Assembly (NCBI GenBank): GCA_039194425.1
Contig: JBCCVZ010000001.1
Span: forward strand, 11,117-75,116
Direction of reading: 5' to 3'
Length of the DNA stretch: 64,000 nt
Origin: Acidobacteriota bacterium
GTDB taxonomy: Bacteria > Acidobacteriota > Thermoanaerobaculia > Multivoradales > J023
The position numbers and the translations under genes were made by a program. The notes beneath the pieces were generated by a model. That model was given only the letters and a program-made list of their open reading frames with translations, made no database searches and had not been told where the DNA came from. This document shows positions 27,824 through 35,630 of the stretch, piece after piece (the first letter of the stretch is position 1; each line of letters opens with the position of its first letter).

Positions 27824-28109
27824 GAGCCTGCAGGCCGGCTCGGCGTCAGCCCGTGCGCGAGGTGCGGGTGTCGTCGGTCGGAGAGTGTTGATAGCGACGA
27901 AGCGCCTCGCGCACGATCGCCGTCGACGACGACGTGATTCTGTGGTGTAATAGAGGAACGTATGAAGGGAGTCAGTATGAAGCAGAGTGCCATTGAGCCC
28001 AAACCAGGGTTCTCTACTCTTCAGTTAGGAACAGGGATCGAGGCGCGAGCCGAGATCCGGCGCTAGGGTAATCGCGTAGCCGGTCCCCTGGCGTAGGCCG
28101 GGGAATCGG

Positions 28110-28385
28110 ATGGACTCAACCGATGATCGACTCCCTTCTCGCAAATCCGAAACGGCTCCCACATCGGACTCGGGCGAAGCTCGCAGCAGCGAGATTCGAC
28201 TTGAGACCGGATTTGGTCGCCTGTCCGCCAAGGGGCCCGAATTGATCCCGATCGCGACTCTCGTGGCCATGCTGGTTTGGAGCATCGCTAGCGCAGGTGA
28301 AGGACGGTCCCAAGACCTAGTCCTTCTCGGAGCAACTGGGGTGGTGCTCTACCTGATCGCGGTCCTTTCCCGACTCCGGTCTTGA
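28110..28385 (+). CDS. Small membrane protein (91 aa)
   Basis: Two TM helices in the C-terminal half. Confidence 0.35.
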   Translation: MDSTDDRLPSRKSETAPTSDSGEARSSEIRLETGFGRLSAKGPELIPIATLVAMLVWSIASAGEGRSQDLVLLGATGVVLYLIAVLSRLRS

Positions 28386-28399
28386 GCGTCGCGAGGGTC

Positions 28400-29284
28400 T
28401 CAGGCGCGGGTGAGCGTCCGCCGCGGGCGTGGTGACACCCAGCGCCGCGCGGTGGTCGCGCGGACGTAGACGAGTCGACGGAGCGAGCCGCCGGGGCCGT
28501 AGGGCTGGCGGCGGATGTAGCCGGAGACGGGGACCTCGGCAGGGACAAGGCCGTCGGCGCGGGCCGCGCCGCCCGGTGAGCCGAGGCCGGAGGCGACCGA
28601 GTCGTCGAGGTGGATCCGCCGCTCGACCCACTCCGTGAGGGGCGAAGCGGCGCGCCGACGCTTACCCTTCGCTCGCCGCGGGGTGTGCTCGGCCAGCGGC
28701 GTGGACTGCGCCTCGAGGAGCATGGCGTAGACCACGAGCCAGCGCGTGATCTGGCGCATGGTGTCGCGGTGCGCCGAAACGTCGTCGATGAGGGGCGACG
28801 TGTCGAGCGCGACCGTCTCGTCGAGGTCTTCGCCGGTCCAGCGCGGGCGCCAGGTGCCGACGAGGGCGCCGCCGTCGTCGGTAAGGGCGACCACGAAGGA
28901 CTCCTCGCCCTCGCCCGCGTAGAGGCCGAATTCGACGACGGAGCCGACGAGCAGCTGGCGCAGGGGGTGGCGCGCCTGGACGATCACGGGTGCGCGCAGC
29001 AGGCGCGGCGGCTCGGAGGGCAGGGCGTGCAGGTCGGTCGCGTCGACGAGGGCTGCAGCGTCGTGGGTGACGACGTGGACCTCCTGGCGCGTCGCGCGCA
29101 TCGCCTCGGCCAGGGCCGCGATGTTGATCAGCTCCGGGACGGCGAACGCCTTGTTCTTCCACACTCGCTCCGCCGTCGAGGCCGCGCGAAACTTCTGCGG
29201 AAGGGCCGCGGGCGGTGCGGGGACCAGGAGGCAGTCGCTCACCAGGTCGACGAGGCTGGTCCAGCTGGCAGTCGAGCTTCGCAA
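28400..29284 (-). CDS. Hypothetical protein (294 aa)
   Basis: ORF with operon context alongside 29289-29582. Confidence 0.45.
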   Translation of the reverse strand: MRSSTASWTSLVDLVSDCLLVPAPPAALPQKFRAASTAERVWKNKAFAVPELINIAALAEAMRATRQEVHVVTHDAAALVDATDLHALPSEPPRLLRAPVIVQARHPLRQLLVGSVVEFGLYAGEGEESFVVALTDDGGALVGTWRPRWTGEDLDETVALDTSPLIDDVSAHRDTMRQITRWLVVYAMLLEAQSTPLAEHTPRRAKGKRRRAASPLTEWVERRIHLDDSVASGLGSPGGAARADGLVPAEVPVSGYIRRQPYGPGGSLRRLVYVRATTARRWVSPRPRRTLTRA

Positions 29285-29288
29285 CGCG

Positions 29289-29582
29289 TCAAGCGAGACC
29301 GTGCTCGTCCGCGTAGGCTTCGATCCCCTCGAAGACGGCTTTCCATGCGGCGTCGCCGGAGTAGCCGTTCGGCATCTCGTCGAGGCCCTGCGCCTGGGCG
29401 GTCTCTTCGAGGAGCTCGATGTCGCCGGAGAGGGAGACCTCGGTGAGTCGGTCCGTGGCGCCCTGCTCGTGGTGGCCCTGCATGATCTCGCGGCCGGCGG
29501 CGGTGAAGGCGTCGAGCTGGGCGTCGGTGTAGGTGGTGGTCGTCATGGTTGGGTCTCCGTTGGGGTGGTCAGTCGCTATCAA
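29289..29582 (-). CDS. Small acidic hypothetical protein
   Basis: ORF. Probable start at the internal MTTTTYTD. Confidence 0.4.
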   Translation of the reverse strand: MIATDHPNGDPTMTTTTYTDAQLDAFTAAGREIMQGHHEQGATDRLTEVSLSGDIELLEETAQAQGLDEMPNGYSGDAAWKAVFEGIEAYADEHGLA

Positions 29583-29673
29583 TGGGTAATATTGTTGCCC
29601 AATCGGGTTCGAGTGTCAACCTTCGAGGGCAAGAAAGTTGCCTTGTCTTGCTGCGCTGTGGAATGATTCCGCC

Positions 29674-29937
29674 ATGGCCGAGTACCTCCCGATTGATCGA
29701 CTGCTCACCACCGAGGCGCGGGCGTCGCTCGATCCCGCAGCGCAGCTGCGCGCGTGGTACGGCGCCGCCGGACTGACCGCCGCCTCCGTGGCCGATGAGC
29801 TGGAGGTGGGGCGGCCCTTCCTGTCTCGTGTGCTGAATGGAGTGCGGCCGATGCCGCGCGACAAGGCCGAGCGGCTCGAGAAGCTGACGAGCATTCCGGC
29901 CTCGCTGTGGGAGACCCGATCTGTAGGTGATGGTTGA
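29674..29937 (+). CDS. Small HTH DNA-binding protein
   Basis: Start taken at the ATG (MAEYL), not the TTG at 29638. HTH LTAASVADELEVGRPFLSRVLNG. Confidence 0.5.
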   Translation: MAEYLPIDRLLTTEARASLDPAAQLRAWYGAAGLTAASVADELEVGRPFLSRVLNGVRPMPRDKAERLEKLTSIPASLWETRSVGDG

Positions 29938-29946
29938 GGGCACTTG

Positions 29947-30801
29947 TCAGCGTGGATCGTCTGGAGCTGGCGTGCGATCCGAATGATGCTTTTCTTGGGT
30001 CATTTCCTTGGCCAAGCGTGAACGGGCTTCGGCAGCCCGTAGGTAGTCGGTAAGAGACACCAGCTTGGTTCTTAGCCGAGATAGCTCAGGGAACGTGGCA
30101 GCTGCGCTCACCAACTTCGGATCCAAATCAACTCCCGCACGGGCTACTTGCTCCGCCCGGAATCTCAATTCTTCTGTTCTGAGTTGCTCCCCGAGAGGGC
30201 GAAAATAGTCAGGGCCGCTTAGTCTTCTCTGGTTGGCTCGTGCCAACTCCAGCAGTTCCTCCAGGATTGCTTCCAACGAACTTGACGAATCTGATTTTGA
30301 TGCCTCTACCGGAGATTCGCGCTCCCGGAGCGCATCAAGGTTTCCCTCGAGCTCGGGCCACCAGACATCGAATGTCTTCTTCAGCTGCGGATCGGTGAGG
30401 CGCTCCGCCTCGCCGAGGCGCCGGTTGAGCCCCTGGACCAGTTTCAGCACATCGTCGCGATTGAAGACTACAGACTGAAACTGGAGCAAGGGCCCTTGGA
30501 CCTCGGACCGTCTCACTCCGACGAGGAACGGCACGACGTGCGACTTGTCGAGGCTTCTCGACAGGGCACCGGCTTCGAAGTGGACCCAGGGAGCCCTCAG
30601 GTTTTCTTGGGTGACGCAGATGATGCCGTAGCTCGCGTCTTCGAGCTCGGCGGCGATATCTGAGCTCCAGCGAGCGCCTTTGTCGATGTCTTCCGAGGAG
30701 ACGTAGGGTCTCAGGGCTTGGAGCACCGATGGCAGCCAGTCTCGGAGGGTGAGTGCGATCTGATGGCTTTGGGTGCCGGACCAGCTCAGAAAGGTCTTCA
30801 T
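29947..30801 (-). CDS. TIR-domain protein 1 (TIR_2-like N-domain + helical C-domain)
   Basis: MKTFLSWSG (betaA) ... SSEDIDKGARW ... GIICVTQENLRAPWVHFEAGAL follows the bacterial TIR_2 pattern. Start at the internal ATG. GGAG upstream. Confidence 0.7.
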   Translation of the reverse strand: MKTFLSWSGTQSHQIALTLRDWLPSVLQALRPYVSSEDIDKGARWSSDIAAELEDASYGIICVTQENLRAPWVHFEAGALSRSLDKSHVVPFLVGVRRSEVQGPLLQFQSVVFNRDDVLKLVQGLNRRLGEAERLTDPQLKKTFDVWWPELEGNLDALRERESPVEASKSDSSSSLEAILEELLELARANQRRLSGPDYFRPLGEQLRTEELRFRAEQVARAGVDLDPKLVSAAATFPELSRLRTKLVSLTDYLRAAEARSRLAKEMTQEKHHSDRTPAPDDPR

Positions 30802-30809
30802 AGCCGTTT

Positions 30810-31673
30810 TCACTCCGGACCTTCGCTGCGTCTCGGTTGAAGCCAATATAGGTCGGACCGGGGAATACAATTCTCGTTAGAAAGTATTTCTGCAATCCTA
30901 TTGATATCTTTCATGAGTTCCGCGGTCACTGGGGTGAGCGCATCCCGGTCCACTGGGGAATCCATATCTAGAAGGTGCGCAAGATGAAGTGCAAATTCGC
31001 GGAGCCTATCGAGCGTGCGAACAAGGTCTTGGCCATGAACGATAGGTAGTCGCACATAGACTTTTTCTTGGGGAGCGAGCTGCTTTGGGTCGCTCAGGAG
31101 TCTCTGGTTGGCGCGAGTCAGCTCTAAGATTTCCTCCAGGATCGCCTCTGATGACGAGGGTTTCTCTTTGGCCGGCTCAGTAGCTGGCTTGGCTGATGCG
31201 ATGTTCTCAAGGTCGGCCTTGAGTCGAGGCCACCAAACGTCGAAAGAATCCCGCACGCGCTCTTCGGTCAGGCGCTCTTCTTCGCCAAGACGCTGGTTGA
31301 GACTGCGGACCATCTTCAGCACATCGTCGCGATCGAAAATCACGGATTGAAACTGGATCAACGGCCCCGGAACCTCGGACCGCTTCACGCCGAGAAGGAA
31401 CGGTACGACGTGCGACTTGTCGAGGCTCTTCGACAGGGCCCCGGCTTCGAAGTGGACCCATGGGGCCCTCAGGTTCTCTTGGGTGACGCAGATGATGCCG
31501 TAGCTCGCGTCTTCGAGCTCGGCGGCGATATCCGAGCTCCAGCGCGCGCCTTTGTCGATGTCTTCCGAGGAGACGTAGGGTCTCAGGGCTTGGAGCACCG
31601 ACGGCAGCCAGTCTCGGAGTGAGAGTGCGATCTGATGGCTCTGGGTGCCGGACCAGCTCAGAAACGTCTTCAT
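30810..31673 (-). CDS. TIR-domain protein 2 (paralog of protein 1; divergent C-domain)
   Basis: The first ~150 aa are about 90% identical to protein 1. ATGA overlap with the upstream membrane-protein gene. Confidence 0.7.
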   Translation of the reverse strand: MKTFLSWSGTQSHQIALSLRDWLPSVLQALRPYVSSEDIDKGARWSSDIAAELEDASYGIICVTQENLRAPWVHFEAGALSKSLDKSHVVPFLLGVKRSEVPGPLIQFQSVIFDRDDVLKMVRSLNQRLGEEERLTEERVRDSFDVWWPRLKADLENIASAKPATEPAKEKPSSSEAILEEILELTRANQRLLSDPKQLAPQEKVYVRLPIVHGQDLVRTLDRLREFALHLAHLLDMDSPVDRDALTPVTAELMKDINRIAEILSNENCIPRSDLYWLQPRRSEGPE

Positions 31674-32767
31674 TGTTGATCATCCGACAGGAGCTCAAAG
31701 TCAAGAGCCGCCGAAGGGTGCTGGAGAAACCTGACTGCTACACTAATGTCAATCGCCGCCCTCTCGCCAAGTCGGGGGAGAAGCGGCAAGAGATCAACTC
31801 TGTCTGAATTGCACTCCAGATAGGCTCGGCTGTCCCCTCGGATCTCAATTTCTCCAGTAAACTGAATCAGCGCTAAGGTACTGCTTTCTGTGAGCCCGAC
31901 TATCCTATAGCTGCCACGGATACTAGTGGGACCTGGCTCATAGCCAGGAGGGGGCCTGAATCTAGGAGGGGCCCTAAAGGGAGAGTCCAGGTCGCCGCCA
32001 AAAGACCTACGCAACTCCCTATTCACGAAGATTGCGATGTCTGCGTAGGCGGCTGATGTCACGACAATCTCAACGGTGGTACTCGGGCGATCCCACAAAG
32101 TCTTGTGAGCAAAGCACTCGATGTACGTGTCAACTGTTGAAGCTTCTGGAATTCTGATATTTGCATTCTGTGCAGCTCGGCCCAGTCGGAAGGAAAGAGA
32201 CTCTCTCCGGTCTCCGGAAGCCTTGGACGTCTCAAGGAGTGTCGCAATCGCGTTCTCGATCCTTGCGAGTTCCTTTCTCTTCGCCGCGCGGCCTGCCTCT
32301 GATCTAGGCTCAGCAAGACTTTCTAGCTGAACGATATCACTCTCATATTCGGCAATGATGGCTCGGGCCTTCTCCTGGTCTAGAGTCAGTTCATCAACCT
32401 GCCTCTTGAGGATCGCCACTCTGTGCACTTCTTCTCGCTCGCCCAAAGCCCAGGAATGGACTGGATCTCCAGGATCCAGGGTAGCTAGAAGGAAATCCAA
32501 GATATCTTCCTTGTTGTCAATCGACTGCTTAGTACCAATGATCCGCTCAAGGTAACGAATTTGCAGTTCATTCTGCGCCCTCTGATTCTCGACGGCAGTC
32601 TTGAACAGGCCGTTGATGGCGGCGGTCATCGGGCCAATCGCACCGATGACCGCGATCAGGAGCACGATGCTAGTCGACTTCGAGAGCTCTCGAGATCGCG
32701 GCTTCGTCTTGCCGGGGGCTGCGAGGTGTCGCGCACGGACTCTCTTTTTGAGTGCTTTCCGAGTCAT
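31670..32767 (-). CDS. Single-pass membrane protein with coiled-coil and C-terminal domain of unknown function; candidate effector
   Basis: N-terminal TM (IVLLIAVIGAIGPMTAAINGLF). A long coiled coil. A roughly 170-aa C-terminal domain with no recognisable SIR2, Macro or SLOG motifs. Confidence 0.55.
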   Translation of the reverse strand: MTRKALKKRVRARHLAAPGKTKPRSRELSKSTSIVLLIAVIGAIGPMTAAINGLFKTAVENQRAQNELQIRYLERIIGTKQSIDNKEDILDFLLATLDPGDPVHSWALGEREEVHRVAILKRQVDELTLDQEKARAIIAEYESDIVQLESLAEPRSEAGRAAKRKELARIENAIATLLETSKASGDRRESLSFRLGRAAQNANIRIPEASTVDTYIECFAHKTLWDRPSTTVEIVVTSAAYADIAIFVNRELRRSFGGDLDSPFRAPPRFRPPPGYEPGPTSIRGSYRIVGLTESSTLALIQFTGEIEIRGDSRAYLECNSDRVDLLPLLPRLGERAAIDISVAVRFLQHPSAALDFELLSDDQQ

Positions 32768-33168
32768 AGGGCTCTCGACCGACGGTGCTCATTGGTTGAA
32801 AGGGCGACCAACGGAGCAAGGAACGAGCGGGCTCGGCGGCGTCGCTGCATAGTGCGGGGCCGCCGCCTGTCCCGAGCTCACATCTAGTCTCATCATAGAC
32901 TGGCCTGCCCGCCGATTCAACAGACTCGCTGGCTCGCGGCCTCCGCGCATCCCAATTAGGCCCTTGAGTCAGTTGAGGATACTCGGGCATCAGGTGCTGG
33001 CCAGGCATTCCCGTCAGCGGTTCTGCCCAGATGCCTTGATAGAGTCAGGCTCCACCGAGATTCGGGAGGCGTTTGAGCGCTGGGCGGGGATCGGCTGGAT
33101 GTTTTGAGGGCGCCGCATCTGATCGCGGCGAAGAGGCCTTATCTCGAGAGACGTCTTGTGGAGTAGGA

Positions 33169-34500
33169 ATGGGAAGCAAGACTGCCCCGAGGCTGTTCTT
33201 CAGCTATTGCCAAGAGTCGGAATCGCACTCTGCGCGTGTTCGAAACCTGGCACGGCGGCTCGCCGATGACGGATGCGTCTGCATCCTGGATCAATGGACT
33301 GCCCCACCTGAAGTCGGTTGGCCGCAGTGGATGAATTCTCAGATCGAAAAGGCGGAGTTTGTTCTCGTCGTTTGCACAGAAGAGTATCTGCAACGAGCGA
33401 CTGGACAAAGAAAACCCTCTGGCGTGCGGTTCGAGTGTGTTCTCATCATTCAGGACCTCTATGATTCTGCGATGGTCAACAAGAGGTTCATTCCGATCTT
33501 GTTCAGCGATTCGTCGCCAGAGCACATTGTTCGGCCGCTAAAGGGTTTTACCTATTATCGAGTCGACCGTGACCGAAGTTATGAAGATCTCTTGCGACAT
33601 ATCACCAATCAGCCAAGGCACATTCCTCCAACGCGAGGAAGGGTTCCGCATCTGCCACCGGAAAGCCCGCCTGCGGTCTCATCAAAGGCAGCAGTTCGAG
33701 ATCTCGATGCACCTGCCGCAGGCTTTTTACAGTCGCCGGCCTTCATCTATGGAAAGCTCAGCGCTAGGGGTCTTCTAGATTCGAAACTCACCGAGAACCC
33801 TTATCGCTTTTCCGCGGATCCGACCGACGAAACGAGCGTCGGAGTTGAAAAGAATGTCTCTGCCTTCCTCTGGATCCCACACAGCGATTACATGAAGCAG
33901 CCTCAGCCCTTTACCCCATTGGTGGCTCTGTGCACGCTGCGCCCTAAAGAAGTGGTCAATTCTACCAGGGGATTGTTCGGTGACCGAGCGCTCTCAGTTG
34001 CCAAGAGACGTCCTAGCAAGCTTTGGCCCTCCGAGAAAGAACTGCTCTTGTCAATTGCGGCAGAGATCCTCGAAGAGTGCTTCACAGTCGCAGTCACAAC
34101 CCCCGCAGCGCTTCTGAGCGGAGGTAGACGCAGACCGGATCTAGCGTACAGAGTGCTCTTGGACCTGTTTCTCTTCCCTCTGCTCGACATGCATAAACGG
34201 CTTGAAGTTGACCAGTTCCACTTGAAGCTGCAAGGCGGAGATCCCAAGAGAAACAGCTTGCTGAAGACTACCAAGCAAGATATAAAGAGTGTGTTCCCTC
34301 ATAGGTCGAATACGGTGGAACTCGTTGAGGCGACTGAAGAATCCACCATCTTTCTTGAGGTCGGCCGCTATCTTGGGTGGATCCTCAATCGACACTACAA
34401 CGAGGGCAAGCGCGATTGGCTTGACCGACTCAAGACAGCAATTGGCAATGAGTCGAAAGGTTCATTGGATGTAAGAGAAGAGCCCCTCCCGCATGGATGA
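33169..34500 (+). CDS. SEFIR-domain protein with large C-terminal domain of unknown function
   Basis: RLFFSYCQESESHSARVRNLARRLADDGCVCILDQW...VLVVCTEEYLQRA matches the SEFIR consensus. Strong GGAG RBS. Locally low GC. Confidence 0.7.
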   Translation: MGSKTAPRLFFSYCQESESHSARVRNLARRLADDGCVCILDQWTAPPEVGWPQWMNSQIEKAEFVLVVCTEEYLQRATGQRKPSGVRFECVLIIQDLYDSAMVNKRFIPILFSDSSPEHIVRPLKGFTYYRVDRDRSYEDLLRHITNQPRHIPPTRGRVPHLPPESPPAVSSKAAVRDLDAPAAGFLQSPAFIYGKLSARGLLDSKLTENPYRFSADPTDETSVGVEKNVSAFLWIPHSDYMKQPQPFTPLVALCTLRPKEVVNSTRGLFGDRALSVAKRRPSKLWPSEKELLLSIAAEILEECFTVAVTTPAALLSGGRRRPDLAYRVLLDLFLFPLLDMHKRLEVDQFHLKLQGGDPKRNSLLKTTKQDIKSVFPHRSNTVELVEATEESTIFLEVGRYLGWILNRHYNEGKRDWLDRLKTAIGNESKGSLDVREEPLPHG

Positions 34501-34964
34501 GCTCGAATCTCGTGGCGACCCCCCTTCGGGTCTTCAGTTTCTGCGCACCATAACCCGTGGTATGGAACGCATGCGGCGTCCGCTAGGCTAGCCCAACGCT
34601 AGCCTATGGGTGTGCCGAGCTTCATCTGATCTCTATTGGTAATTTCGACGATCGCATTGTTCTCTCCTGTTCTCTCCGGTCGGTTGGTGCGGTCGGTCCT
34701 TGTCACTTCGACAGGGATTCGGGGCGAGCTCGTGCCCAAGGAGCGTCGAATAGTCCAATGTGAAAGTGACGCCGGAGTCTCCGGCTTGGAGCATTCAATG
34801 CCCACATGGCATCGGTTCGGGGGGATCCTTTTTCTCCAAGTGTGAGCCCTGGATCGGCTTGACACACTCATCATGGGAATTGCGACTCCCAGTGGGAACA
34901 TAACTTGCCCTTAGCTCCAATGTATCGCTGCGGACGCAGGTTCGTCAAACTGCGAAGCGCCTTC

Positions 34965-35630
34965 CTAAATCTCGCCGGCGAGGGCGGCCTGGGCGATGGC
35001 GTCGGCGACGGGGTCGAGGCCGGGGATGTCGAGGTCTTTGAGCTTGTCGAGCCGGCGCTCGAGCTCTTGGGCGTTGATCACGCCGTTCTGGAGGTCTTTC
35101 ACGATGCCTTCCAGGATCTGGCGGATGCGGTTGCTGTCGTCGCCAAGGCCGTTCAGGAGGTCGCTGATCGAGGCGGTGCCGCTCTGGAAGTCGGCGAGCA
35201 GGGCCTGAAGCTCCTGCTTGCGGTTCGCGACCTCGACGCCCGCCTGGCGGAGGTTCGTCATCATCTCCGCCAGCGGTCCGGCGACTTGCTCGACGTTGCC
35301 GACCAGCTGGGCGCCGAGCTCGCGAGTGTCGATGAGGCCGGCTTGCACCAGGTCGAGCCCGGCTTGAACGACGGCGTTGTTCTCCTGCGCGATGTGCTGG
35401 ACGGCTTGGAGGCTCTCGCGGTTGCGCTGGATGTGACCTTCGATGGTGCCGAGGTGGAGGCGCTGGAGCTCGATCGAGCGTTCCATCGCCTCGACTCTGC
35501 GCTGCGTCTCGACGTAGACGGCCTGCAGCTCGATGGCTTTGCCCGCGGCGCGCTCGGCCTCCTTTCCGGCGGCCTTGATGTCGCCGCGTGCTTTCTGGGT
35601 GGCCCGGATGAGGCGTTGCAGGGCTCCCAT
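34965..35630 (-). CDS. Coiled-coil phage protein (tail-associated)
   Basis: All-helical heptad-rich sequence directly downstream of the tape-measure gene. Confidence 0.45.
   Translation of the reverse strand: MGALQRLIRATQKARGDIKAAGKEAERAAGKAIELQAVYVETQRRVEAMERSIELQRLHLGTIEGHIQRNRESLQAVQHIAQENNAVVQAGLDLVQAGLIDTRELGAQLVGNVEQVAGPLAEMMTNLRQAGVEVANRKQELQALLADFQSGTASISDLLNGLGDDSNRIRQILEGIVKDLQNGVINAQELERRLDKLKDLDIPGLDPVADAIAQAALAGEI

Noticed and set aside
29638-29673. TTG start proposed by the ORF track for the small HTH protein
   Set aside because: An in-frame ATG (MAEYL) 36 nt downstream gives a more typical N-terminus. The TTG extension adds a Cys/Trp-rich peptide with no support.
34599-34901. 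100-aa ORF in the spacer between the SEFIR gene and the tail operon
   Set aside because: No RBS. Composition atypical. It lies in a non-coding leader/terminator region that contains a TAGGCTAGC-N5-GCTAGCCTA hairpin.
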